From the NCBI GenBank assembly GCA_905236535.1, contig CAJOQN010000003.1, positions 1-21,749 of the forward strand: a stretch of DNA of 21,749 bases. Direction: 5' to 3'. The DNA comes from an uncultured Bacilli bacterium. GTDB lineage: Bacteria > Bacillota_I > Bacilli_A > RFN20 > CAG-826. The stretch's first letter is position 1. Each line of letters opens with the position of its first letter. Position numbers and translations under genes: made by a program. This document shows positions 8,101 through 15,422 of the stretch, one piece after another. The notes under the pieces are model-generated. The model saw nothing but the letters and a program-made list of their open reading frames with translations. It made no database searches and was not told the origin of the DNA.

Positions 8101-8172
8101 GAAAGAAGAAAGAGAATAACCCGCAACAATTTCTTTATCCCAAATGGATTCGAAAATAGGTAAATTAAACAT
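5170..8172 (-). CDS. Glycoside hydrolase family 3 (beta-glucosidase/beta-xylosidase type), membrane-anchored by two N-terminal TM helices. The domain order is permuted: alpha/beta sandwich domain, then Fn3-like domain, then linker, then the (beta/alpha)8 catalytic barrel.
   Basis: GH3 domain-2 motifs come first (IVLLKNKNNALPL, INVFG, PGLTGTTAVAQVLNGKINPSGHLVDTWPRS, FGYGLSYTTF). An Fn3-like segment follows (VEVKNTGNVAGKDVVEIYF). The barrel motifs sit at the C-terminus (NTHRNPCGGRNFEYYSEDP, KHFLLNEQEANR, GFHGVVITDY with the nucleophile Asp). TM helices FAWWIDLIIIGIAVLLIGTMYFLMAWAF and WFIPVVSSVLVITMLATPILY flank a Lys-rich loop. A strong SD (GGGAGA) lies 7 nt before ATG 8172. Confidence 0.9.
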   Translation of the reverse strand: MFNLPIFESIWDKEIVAGYSLSSFAWWIDLIIIGIAVLLIGTMYFLMAWAFGRFKFTAEDKEAFANYRKSDRKAKKEQAKAAKGPLKSVITWHRMKPWFIPVVSSVLVITMLATPILYTTWDILMTTISGSKTKTYDTEEAMEAAALADENVVTIEGEGIVLLKNKNNALPLDVSTEEGKKINVFGSAAFGLLYGNGGSGSFQTDGRYSAFPRVAKKLEVALGEEGFEINQYLFNMIKNYYATNRNSNYSVADRDYDIQCGVNTYNYSEVVPTKEPVNFEAPIAAYTKTYSELGDKSLLDYSTDYSDTALYVITRRGSEDGDMNVSGGGTLGATLMLTDTEKQIIQMLEDNFEKVIILFNVPTVCEAEFVDDDGIDAAVFIGHPGLTGTTAVAQVLNGKINPSGHLVDTWPRSMTSAPSYQNFGNATTLTHTGASTGRFVEYIENIYVGYRYYVTRGMVDDDFDYDDEVRWSFGYGLSYTTFDKSIVEFKVDKTNQKVEVGVEVKNTGNVAGKDVVEIYFHAPYYEDYGIEKSWFTLIGFTKTNVLQPNESKNYKIEFTFREMASWSTADGFYLLEHGDYEVSLREDVWNIAQTSTNRQNARTFNIAQDIEFTRSYQTGAEYQNLFQDVEWGANNAEKIKYLSRSDFAGTWQNTNQINRTATSDKFPGGTSNQQGGQNFNFSDNQIEGDTPTMGANNGLTLRDFKDADWDDEGWDDLLDQLSRQELFNIVDQGSFRTTSISSIGKAQASDYDGPSSAYHSGTGHPSEVIVACSWNVNVATLMGESIGREGASRGLTGWYAPGINTHRNPCGGRNFEYYSEDPLIAGQMAGHTAQGSMKYGVYTYAKHFLLNEQEANRAGVFTWCSEQALREIYARGFEIYVDLGGIGIMSSFNCVGSWWAGASKALLTDLLRTEWGFHGVVITDYVSSPYMAVNIGIRAGNDLWLNKNPSCDAQHAYNQTQHDTLILLRRAAKNILYACAHSNNVWDEADYQAVGLTKPA

Positions 8173-8410
8173 AAATTCTCCCTTTCTTAAACTTAATTAT
8201 GTCCGCCAAAAAAGATGTCATCATTTTCTAGGCGTAGATTAAGTACATTATTAATATATATCATTTCGAAAGAAAATGGAAAAAAATAAAGACCTAAACT
8301 TAAAAGTTTTATCACATAACTTTAAAAAGAAATAATTAAAATATGAAAAAATGAGTTTGATGATAATTATAAATTACACGGGAATAGCAATAATTATTCT
8401 TTAAAAAATA

Positions 8411-8440
8411 AAAAGAGGCCAGGGTTTAATTCCTGGCCCA
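8411..8440 (-). terminator. Rho-independent terminator for the flotillin operon.
   Basis: ggccagg-gtttaatt-cctggcc stem (8417-8423 / 8432-8438) followed on the minus strand by tcttttt atttttt. Confidence 0.65.
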
Positions 8441-8449
8441 AAGATTTAA

Positions 8450-9931
8450 CTAATCTTTTTGTTGATCTTTGGCGTTTGCCACCACTTTGGTGCCGAAGTA
8501 TCCTAAAAGTAAGGATTTAAGATCGATACCTAAAGTTTTGTTTAAGCCTTCGAAGATTTGATCGCCGTGTTGTTGAATCTCACTGACGAGTTTGGCTTCG
8601 TTGCCATCTCCATACATGGTAATACCATCGATTTGGGCAAGAGCGGCAGCGATTGGCTCAGCATAGGCTCTTACTGTCTCTGGTAAAACATTGGATTCAA
8701 GGATGAGCTTTAAGGTGGCAGCGTCATTATAGGATTTCATGGCGTCGGCTTTAGCTTTGATGGCGTCGGCTTCCGCTTGACCTTTGGCTTCAATACCTTT
8801 AGCTTCTGCTAAAGCAGCTTCTTTATTGGCATCCGCTTCAATTCTCACGGCCGTGGCAGCTTGTTCACGAGCATTCTTTTCCGCTTCAGCGGCCACTTTT
8901 TTAATTTCGGCTTTTCTTTGAGCTTCCACTAAATCGGCTTCAGCAGCTTTTTGACGGGTGAAGAGATTGGCTTCAGCAGCTTTTTCAGCCGCATATTTTT
9001 CAGCATCCGCTTTCTTATTGATGGTCGCGGCAAGTTTTTTCTCAGCGAGTTCCACTTCTTTATTTCCGAGTTCAACTTCTCTTTCTCTTTTAGAGATTTC
9101 CGCGTTTGTGGTTGCGACATTGATCTCTTCTTGTCTTTTTTGAGCTTGGATTTGATAGGCGGCATCTGCATCAGCCTTCGCGGTGTCGGTCTTAATCTTG
9201 AGTTCTGCTTCTTTTAAAGCATATTCCGTATTCTTTTGAACGATGACAGTCTTGGAATTGACTTCTGCTTCATTCGCATCTTGAGCGGCTTTTGCTCTAG
9301 CGATAGAGACATCTCTTTCAGCGTTTGCCTTAGCAATCGCTGCTTCTTTAGAGATTTGAGAAATGTTATCAATACCTAAGTTTTCAATAACATGATTGCC
9401 ATCGGAGAAGTTTTGAATGTTGAAGTTGACAAGTTCAATGCCGAGTTTTTCCATGTCTGGCACGACATTTTCCATAACCTTGGAGGCCACACCTTTACGG
9501 TCTTGGACTAATTGGCGGATTCCAACCGTGCCAACGATTTCTCTCATATTGCCTTCAAGAACTTGTTTGACTTGTTCAATTAAGTCCTCTTGATTCATTC
9601 CAAGAGTGGCTTCAAACGCTCTTTCAAGAAGGGCTGGATCGCTAGAGATCTTTAAGTTGGCGACCCCATCAACATTGATGTTAATGAATTCGTTGGTGGG
9701 AATTGATTCACGAGTCTTGATATCGACTTGGAATACCTTAAGGGATAATTTGTCTTTTCTTTGTAAGAAGGGAAGTTTCCAACCAGCTTGCCCTCTTAAG
9801 ATTTTTCTTTTGCCTAAACCAGAGATCATAATGGCTTCATCTGGTCCCGCTTTGGTGTATGAGCAGAGCACTAAGACAATTAAAAGCACTACTACTACAA
9901 TAACCCCGAATAAGATCCAAAATAATAACAT
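8450..9931 (-). CDS. Flotillin-family SPFH protein, FloT/YuaG-like: N-terminal membrane anchor, SPFH domain, long Ala/Glu/Lys-rich coiled coil.
   Basis: TM segment MLLFWILFGVIVVVVLLIVLVL. Flotillin/band-7 motifs follow. An extended EA-repeat coiled coil is present (AEKAAEANLFTRQKAAEADLVEAQRKAEIKKVAAEAEKNAREQAA...). A strong SD (GGGAGGA) lies 7 nt before the ATG. Confidence 0.9.
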   Translation of the reverse strand: MLLFWILFGVIVVVVLLIVLVLCSYTKAGPDEAIMISGLGKRKILRGQAGWKLPFLQRKDKLSLKVFQVDIKTRESIPTNEFININVDGVANLKISSDPALLERAFEATLGMNQEDLIEQVKQVLEGNMREIVGTVGIRQLVQDRKGVASKVMENVVPDMEKLGIELVNFNIQNFSDGNHVIENLGIDNISQISKEAAIAKANAERDVSIARAKAAQDANEAEVNSKTVIVQKNTEYALKEAELKIKTDTAKADADAAYQIQAQKRQEEINVATTNAEISKREREVELGNKEVELAEKKLAATINKKADAEKYAAEKAAEANLFTRQKAAEADLVEAQRKAEIKKVAAEAEKNAREQAATAVRIEADANKEAALAEAKGIEAKGQAEADAIKAKADAMKSYNDAATLKLILESNVLPETVRAYAEPIAAALAQIDGITMYGDGNEAKLVSEIQQHGDQIFEGLNKTLGIDLKSLLLGYFGTKVVANAKDQQKD

Positions 9932-9996
9932 AGTAATATCCTCCCTTCGTTATTACTTTTTGAGCCAAAAAATTGAATTATGGGATAAAGAGATAA

Positions 9997-10362
9997 TTAT
10001 TTAACATTATGAATGGTGAGAACGTTCTCCACTTCATCCCAGGTGGTATCAAACTTTATTGGCTTATCTGAAAGCGTTAGGTTAAGCGCTTCGGAAATAT
10101 TTCTCATCAACATTGTTGACGAAATTCTGGAGTAAGTTTTTCTAAGTGAAATTTGCAAAATTGTGTATTCGTCTAAATCGCCACTTTGAACTTTTTCCTT
10201 CGTTAATGGACGAATGACAATGTTCCCTTTCTCATCTAAACCAACCTGAACACGATAGGCGTATTCGAACGGAACAGAAGCAATGGTGTTCAAGGTAATG
10301 TTCGTGTTGTATAAGGACGCTGTCCCAAGTTTCTCTTTAGAGCTAAACCACGTTATTGGCAT
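9997..10362 (-). CDS. Hypothetical 121-aa soluble protein encoded directly upstream of flotillin (66-nt gap). It occupies the position where an NfeD/YuaF-type gene is normally found.
   Basis: Strong SD AGGAGG 8 nt before the ATG. No TM segment and no recognisable motif. The segment YRVQVGLDEKGNIVIRPL is vaguely like a swapped-hairpin beta-barrel (AbrB/MazE-like). Confidence 0.65.
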   Translation of the reverse strand: MPITWFSSKEKLGTASLYNTNITLNTIASVPFEYAYRVQVGLDEKGNIVIRPLTKEKVQSGDLDEYTILQISLRKTYSRISSTMLMRNISEALNLTLSDKPIKFDTTWDEVENVLTIHNVK

Positions 10363-10454
10363 GTTACTTTCCTCCTAGACAAACACATAATACTATTAAA
10401 TATAAATTAATTCAAGAAAATTCAAACAAATTATTATTAAAATTAAATCTACAT

Positions 10455-10477
10455 GAAAAAAAGACTCTTGTGAAGTC
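10455..10477 (-). terminator. Weak hairpin plus U7. Possible terminator after the hydrolase gene.
   Basis: gactt-cacaa-gagtc (5 bp including one G-U) followed by the A-run at 10456-10462 (U-run on the minus strand). Confidence 0.3.
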
Positions 10478-10505
10478 CTATTCTTATATAATAAGGTTCT
10501 TTGAA

Positions 10506-11432
10506 TTATTTAATATAATCAATAATTTTCTTCATTATTTTTTCGTCTTGTAAAGTCAATTTATGGAGTGAAACATCTTTAAAATAATTAATCTTATCCT
10601 CATTTGTGTTGATGATTTTCTTCTTTAATAAAACATTATATTTATCAAAGACTTCATTCATATAATCCAAGGCTGTTTTTTGATAGTTTGGATTGTGCCC
10701 TTTATTGTTCTCAATAATAAATTCAAAATTTGAATTATCAAGCTCTTTCACTTCTTTGGTCGCGTTTTCATAAGGGACTACTGGATCATCAATAGAATGA
10801 ATGAAAAGAATGTTCTTTGAGGTCTCTTTTAAAAACGATAACAAATTAATATCAAAATAAGATGGCTCCGCTTTCATTTCGTAATTCAAAATGTGAGAAG
10901 TAATAAAATGGGATTTGGTGAAATGAAAGACCAAAGATTTAATCGAGATAAAGGGGGCAATAACCACTCCTTTTATAATTTCATCTCTCAAAGAGAGGAT
11001 ATTTAAAGCAGTATAGGCTCCTAAAGAATGGCCGATAACCACGATTTCAGTGTCCATCTTTAAATAATCTAATAAATCGTTTACATCTTTCGTCGGTTCA
11101 TTTAAAGATCTAAGATTATCACCTTTAGATTCTCCGCATCCTTGATAATCTAAAGTCAAAACTTTAAAACCCTCTTTTGCGAGGTATTCAATCTCTCGTA
11201 AATAAGCGGTGTGCCCGGGTCCTATTCCGTGTAAGAATAAAACAATCTTATCCGTCTGATAATTATCGTAATAATAATAAAAATAACGAATCTCGACATT
11301 ATTTGAATTAATAAAAGAGGAGGCTTCTTGATGCAATCCCTCAAAATCTAAATAACAAAAATAGGGCACTCCGACGTCCTTATTATATCGGCACACAAAT
11401 TTTTTAAGATATTCGTTAGCAATAATTCCCAT
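10506..11432 (-). CDS. Alpha/beta-fold hydrolase (serine hydrolase).
   Basis: HGIGPGHTAY oxyanion region and GHSLGAY nucleophile elbow (G-x-S-x-G). The start overlaps the stop of the upstream ThuA-like gene (TAATG). Confidence 0.85.
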   Translation of the reverse strand: MGIIANEYLKKFVCRYNKDVGVPYFCYLDFEGLHQEASSFINSNNVEIRYFYYYYDNYQTDKIVLFLHGIGPGHTAYLREIEYLAKEGFKVLTLDYQGCGESKGDNLRSLNEPTKDVNDLLDYLKMDTEIVVIGHSLGAYTALNILSLRDEIIKGVVIAPFISIKSLVFHFTKSHFITSHILNYEMKAEPSYFDINLLSFLKETSKNILFIHSIDDPVVPYENATKEVKELDNSNFEFIIENNKGHNPNYQKTALDYMNEVFDKYNVLLKKKIINTNEDKINYFKDVSLHKLTLQDEKIMKKIIDYIK

Positions 11433-12355
11433 TATTCAAAGAATCCAAACATCGTATCAAGCAATAAAGCGTTTTGAATTTCACTACCAAAGGTCCACGA
11501 CAAAGTTGTATCTGTCTCATAATTCATCAAATTATGACCCATATTCATATACATCATATTGTAATTAAGATTAGTCCAGACTACTGGATAATAACCGCTA
11601 TACCAAATCTCTTCTTGTTTTGGTCCCGTTCCCAAAGGAAAACTTGAAGGATCAATCGAGCAAAGAATTTGAATATCAGGGTTTTCTCTTAAATCGTGTT
11701 CCCAGCGATACCATTCACATGGAGTGGATTCAAAAAGGTCGGGAATATTTCTGGTACCTGGATAATCGTGAGTCTCCACTTTTAAGAACGCGGAAGTTGG
11801 AGCCCAGGTATTGCTCACATATTGACCTGACCCTAAAAAGTCTTCGTGATACCAGTCCCAATCTTGATTATAAGAACTAGGAGTTAAGGCAAAAGCACTA
11901 AAATGGAATCCAACCCAACATCCACCATTATCCATATATTCTTCAAAAGCTTCTCTTTGAGAAGGAGCTTCTGGCCTCGTGTCATAAAATAAAACAATAT
12001 CAACATCGCTTAAATAATCAGCGTTCATATTGTCCCAATTATTGGTAGATTCAAAGATAAAATTATGGGTTTGAGCGGTCTCGCTAAACCAAGTATTAGC
12101 TTCTTTACAAAAGCTGACATGGGCTTGATCATTGATTCCAGTATAAAAAGCGACAGCTTTAAAACAAGGACCACAAACATCACATGGGTAACCAATATGC
12201 TCTTCAATCTCGACTTCATGGCATCCACGGATTATGCAATGCCTCCAGTGTTGGTTGGCGTCGCTTTCCCATTTACTCCAAACGTGAGTGTGTCCTTTTT
12301 GACATGCGCTTAAAGCGATAACACTGATTAAAAATAAAGCACTTTTGATTTTCAT
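11432..12355 (-). CDS. ThuA-like (class-I glutamine-amidotransferase-fold, trehalose-utilisation family) lipoprotein with a Cys/His-rich N-terminal segment.
   Basis: Lipobox LFLISVIALSAC. ThuA core DVDIVLFYDTRPEAPSQREAFEEYMDNGGCWVGFHFSA. The N-terminus HTHVWSKWESDANQHWRHCIIRGCHEVEIEEHIGYPCDVCGPC carries possible metal ligands. Confidence 0.8.
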   Translation of the reverse strand: MKIKSALFLISVIALSACQKGHTHVWSKWESDANQHWRHCIIRGCHEVEIEEHIGYPCDVCGPCFKAVAFYTGINDQAHVSFCKEANTWFSETAQTHNFIFESTNNWDNMNADYLSDVDIVLFYDTRPEAPSQREAFEEYMDNGGCWVGFHFSAFALTPSSYNQDWDWYHEDFLGSGQYVSNTWAPTSAFLKVETHDYPGTRNIPDLFESTPCEWYRWEHDLRENPDIQILCSIDPSSFPLGTGPKQEEIWYSGYYPVVWTNLNYNMMYMNMGHNLMNYETDTTLSWTFGSEIQNALLLDTMFGFFE

Positions 12356-12399
12356 AAATTAATTTCCAGTCTTTGGTGTGAGTTTTGACATCATAACCA

Positions 12400-12470
12400 T
12401 TTAACTAGGTTCTCACTAAATAATTAAGTTTAGACTTGACCTAGGAAAATATTTAAAGATTTAACTTTAG
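12400..12470. repeat. Two copies of TTTAGACTT in direct orientation (36-nt spacing) in the ThuA operon upstream region.
   Basis: aagTTTAGACTTgacc ... aacTTTAGACTTattc. Confidence 0.3.
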
Positions 12471-12537
12471 ACTTATTCTATCATAATCTTATTAATATAT
12501 TAATACTGTTTTGTGAAACGACACTTTTATTTGAAAT

Positions 12538-12563
12538 AAAAAATGGCTCGGCTGAGCCATTTG
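12538..12563 (-). terminator. Strong bidirectional rho-independent terminator after the zinc-ribbon membrane protein gene.
   Basis: aatggctc-ggct-gagccatt (8-bp stem) with A6 upstream and tgtttattt downstream. Confidence 0.7.
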
Positions 12564-12564
12564 T

Positions 12565-13851
12565 TTATTTAGAAGATGATCTTTTCGTTTTGGTGACTTT
12601 GCTATATAAGAAGATTTCTTTACGTTGAGTGATATTTAAAGAATTCTCTCTTATATAATTCTTTGCCCCATATTGGAATTTAACGACTTTGTTTTGTTTT
12701 CTCATGATTATATGAGAGGGGATAGCCGCGGCTAGACCGGCGAAGACACCAATAACAAGTCCAGATACCCAACCTTGAGAAATACCAAAGGCAATACCAA
12801 AGGCAACGCCACCAGCAAAAAGGAAGAAAAGCAAGAAGAACAAAATAGATTTAGGAATAGAGATTGGTAGATCACCTGCAACCTTTCCGCTTTGTCCATT
12901 AACCGCAAATTGATAATTCTTTTCTTTCCATTTGGTGTTTAAAACCCACACGGGATATAAAGCATAACTAGATTGGGTATTTGAGAATTGAATATTTGAA
13001 TCTTGGATAGAGACATTGCTATATCCATGAACATCATTTCTAAAAGCTTCGATGGTCCCATCACGGAATCTTTGAGTCGCACGATTAAAGGTCACATCTT
13101 TATCAACATCATATCGATCCGCGGCAATACCCGCGAGATAGGCAACATTGAATTCTTCCGCTTGATCGAAATCAAAAGGTTCAATGGATTCCATTAATTT
13201 GTCATCCATCTTTTTAGAACCATCGACTGGAACATGATCAAAAGCGATTTGACCACCACGGATGATGGAATAATATTTGGTCTCTTTATAATCGTATTGA
13301 GAGTCGGACCAACGTTCGACAATTTCACCTTTAAATCTGACCTTGCCATCGACATCCGCATCAAAAATCCAAAATGGAACATATAAGGATTTGATCTCCT
13401 CAATGGTGTTCTCTTTTGAAAAACTTCCTGGCAATAATGGCTTTTTCTTGAAGAATTTCTTTAAATTCTCCATCACTTTTTCTTTATCGTTCTTAAATGG
13501 AATGACATAGTTTGGTCTTAAATCACCAGAGAGTTGTTTGGAGACAAGGAGGTTATTTCCGCAGTATGGACATGTTGTTGAAGTTGTCGTTTCTTCAACG
13601 ATAATTTCACCACCACAGGAATCACAGGAATAAATCTTCATTCCTTTCATTTCTTCGTTGGTGTATTCTTCCACTCTTGATTGATCCCAAGAAGTATCTT
13701 CTTGTTTATCGGAAGCTAAATCATCAGTGTATTCTTGCAAATCTTTTGTCGTGAAATGAGAGTCGCAATAAGGACAAATAACTTCTTGACTCTTATTGTC
13801 AAACTCTAAAGTTCCACCACAGCAGGGGCACTTAAGTTGTAAATTAGGCAT
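12565..13851 (-). CDS. Zinc-ribbon (TFIIB-type-like) membrane protein: three N-terminal CxxC...CxxC ribbons, a central soluble domain, then two C-terminal TM helices and a basic tail. Proposed YdjG+YdjH-like partner of the upstream SPFH protein.
   Basis: CPCCG..CPYC, CDSCG..CPYCG. TM helices ILFFLLFFLFAGGVAFGIAFGI and LVIGVFAGLAAAIPSHIIM. SD GAGG 10 nt before the ATG. 17-nt gap from the SPFH gene. Confidence 0.85.
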   Translation of the reverse strand: MPNLQLKCPCCGGTLEFDNKSQEVICPYCDSHFTTKDLQEYTDDLASDKQEDTSWDQSRVEEYTNEEMKGMKIYSCDSCGGEIIVEETTTSTTCPYCGNNLLVSKQLSGDLRPNYVIPFKNDKEKVMENLKKFFKKKPLLPGSFSKENTIEEIKSLYVPFWIFDADVDGKVRFKGEIVERWSDSQYDYKETKYYSIIRGGQIAFDHVPVDGSKKMDDKLMESIEPFDFDQAEEFNVAYLAGIAADRYDVDKDVTFNRATQRFRDGTIEAFRNDVHGYSNVSIQDSNIQFSNTQSSYALYPVWVLNTKWKEKNYQFAVNGQSGKVAGDLPISIPKSILFFLLFFLFAGGVAFGIAFGISQGWVSGLVIGVFAGLAAAIPSHIIMRKQNKVVKFQYGAKNYIRENSLNITQRKEIFLYSKVTKTKRSSSK

Positions 13852-13868
13852 TGTAATTTACCTCAATA

Positions 13869-15257
13869 TTATTTCTTGTCTAAATCGTTAATTGGATCGC
13901 CGCATTCTGGGCAGAATTTAGGAACATTATTTTGATCCGCTGGTTCCCACCCACATTTATCGCATTTAATCTTGCTGCCACTTGGTCTTGGTTTGCCACA
14001 GTTCGCACAGAATTTACCAGTGTTCACTGTCCCACATCCACAAGTCCAGCCATCGGCTTCTGGCTTTTTGGTTCCACATTCTGGACAGAACTTACCAGAG
14101 GCTTGGGCCCCACATTTTGGACAAGTCCATGTTCCTTGTGGTTCTGGTTTTTTCGCTCCACATTCAGGACAGAATTTGCCACTAGCTTGAGCGCCACACT
14201 TTGGACAAGTCCAAGTGTTAGCTGCTTGTTGTTGAGCTTTTTGTTCTTCACCCATTTGGTAGAAGCTTTGAGCGTTCATGCCACCAGCTTGGGCTGCCAT
14301 ATTCATTCCATAAAATCCCATGACCGCACCATTTGGATTAGAAGCGGCGTTCTTCATGGCTTCAGCTTGGGCTTCAACTAAAGTTGCACCGGCCATTGAA
14401 GCGTTTCTAGCATAAACATTCTTTCTTTGTAATTCTTTGATTAAATCTTCATCTTCTTTTGGAAGAGTGACACTACCTAAAGCGATAGAGATGACTTCGA
14501 TACCACGTAATGAACCCCATTGTTCATCAAGAGCGTTATTCATCGCTTTTTCTAAATCGGTGAGGTGAGTCATGATTTGGTTTGGTCTTAATTGAAGTTC
14601 ACTAAGATGACCAAATGCTGGTTGTAAGGCGTGGACGAATTCAGTTTTTAATTGAGAATCAATTTGTCCTCTGACATAACTATCAGTGACATTACCACAC
14701 ACGTTTTGATAGAAGAGAATAGGATTGGTAATCTTATAAGAATAGACACCATTACAACGAACAGAGACATCAATGTCGATTCCAACATTGTTATCCACCA
14801 CTCTAAATGGAACTGGATTTTGAGTGCCAAATTTGTTGTCCATGATTTCTTTGGTGTTGAAGTAATAAACTCTTTGATCTGAACCGGTGTCACCGCCATA
14901 GGCGAAACGTCTACCCATGGTTTTAAATAAACCAACAACTCTTTCACCAAAGGTTCCTGCAAAGATGGAAGATTCGGTTTTAGAATCAAAGGTATATGCT
15001 CCTGGTTCGGCTGCAAATTCTACAACTTTACCTTGATCGACAATGACCATACATTGACCGTCGCCGACAACGATTGTAGAACCGTTAGAAATGATGTTAT
15101 CACTTCCTTTAGTGTTAGATGATCTTTTCGCGTTGACTCTTTTTTGTCCTTTTTTGACTAAAACATCAACTGGTAAAGCTTCACAGTAGAAATATTCTTT
15201 CCATTGATCTGCTAAAGTTGAACTAACTGAGCCCGCAAAAGCTTTTATTAAACCCAT
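13869..15257 (-). CDS. SPFH/Band-7-like (PF13421-type, YdjI-like) protein with an Ala/Gln-rich coiled coil and four C-terminal zinc-ribbon repeats.
   Basis: N-terminus MGLIKAFAGSVSSTLADQWKEYF. A beta-rich core, then a coiled coil (AQAEAMKNAAS...EEQKAQQQAA). The tail reads TWTCPKCGAQASGKFCPECG twice, then CGCG..CANCG, then CDKCG..CPECG. SD AGGAGG 8 nt before the ATG. The family assignment is from memory of the motif and is not verified. Confidence 0.8.
   Translation of the reverse strand: MGLIKAFAGSVSSTLADQWKEYFYCEALPVDVLVKKGQKRVNAKRSSNTKGSDNIISNGSTIVVGDGQCMVIVDQGKVVEFAAEPGAYTFDSKTESSIFAGTFGERVVGLFKTMGRRFAYGGDTGSDQRVYYFNTKEIMDNKFGTQNPVPFRVVDNNVGIDIDVSVRCNGVYSYKITNPILFYQNVCGNVTDSYVRGQIDSQLKTEFVHALQPAFGHLSELQLRPNQIMTHLTDLEKAMNNALDEQWGSLRGIEVISIALGSVTLPKEDEDLIKELQRKNVYARNASMAGATLVEAQAEAMKNAASNPNGAVMGFYGMNMAAQAGGMNAQSFYQMGEEQKAQQQAANTWTCPKCGAQASGKFCPECGAKKPEPQGTWTCPKCGAQASGKFCPECGTKKPEADGWTCGCGTVNTGKFCANCGKPRPSGSKIKCDKCGWEPADQNNVPKFCPECGDPINDLDKK
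14040..14207 (-). repeat. Two tandem 84-bp coding repeats (28-aa zinc-ribbon unit TWTCPKCGAQASGKFCPECG-xKKPExxG). They are diverged at synonymous positions.
   Basis: The DNA units ggttccacattctggacagaacttaccagaggcttgggccccacattttggacaagtcca and cgctccacattcaggacagaatttgccactagcttgagcgccacactttggacaagtcca are roughly three-quarters identical but encode identical peptides. Confidence 0.6.
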
Positions 15258-15286
15258 ATTAAAGGCCTCCTAAATGTAACAATCTT

Positions 15287-15320
15287 ATTATAATCTTTCT
15301 TATATAAAATATAAAAATAT
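15287..15320 (-). promoter_or_regulatory. Candidate promoter for the SPFH/zinc-ribbon operon (TATAAT at 15287-15292 on the minus strand, about 22 nt upstream of the start codon and including the SD).
   Basis: Minus strand reads ...tttatataagaaagatTATAATaagattgttacatttAGGAGGcctttaatATG. The -35 is poor. Confidence 0.3.
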
Positions 15321-15395
15321 TTCGCTTTTATTTGTTAAGTTATCTATTTTTTACTTTGGCAAAATTTTCTTTATATTAATAGAGATCGAATTTTA

Positions 15396-15421
15396 ATAAA
15401 AAGACCAAGATTTTGCTTGGT
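15396..15421 (-). terminator. Rho-independent terminator after the Hpt gene (bidirectional).
   Basis: accaag-attttg-cttggt stem (15404-15421) directly after the stop codon, followed by cuuuuua on the minus strand. Confidence 0.6.
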
Positions 15422-15422
15422 T

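Noticed and set aside
13972-14251. Tandem direct repeats that might have been a CRISPR array or satellite.
   Set aside because: The units are 84 bp, in frame, and encode the repeated zinc-ribbon cassette TWTCPKCGAQASGKFCPECG of the SPFH protein. There are no spacers or CRISPR-like repeat features.
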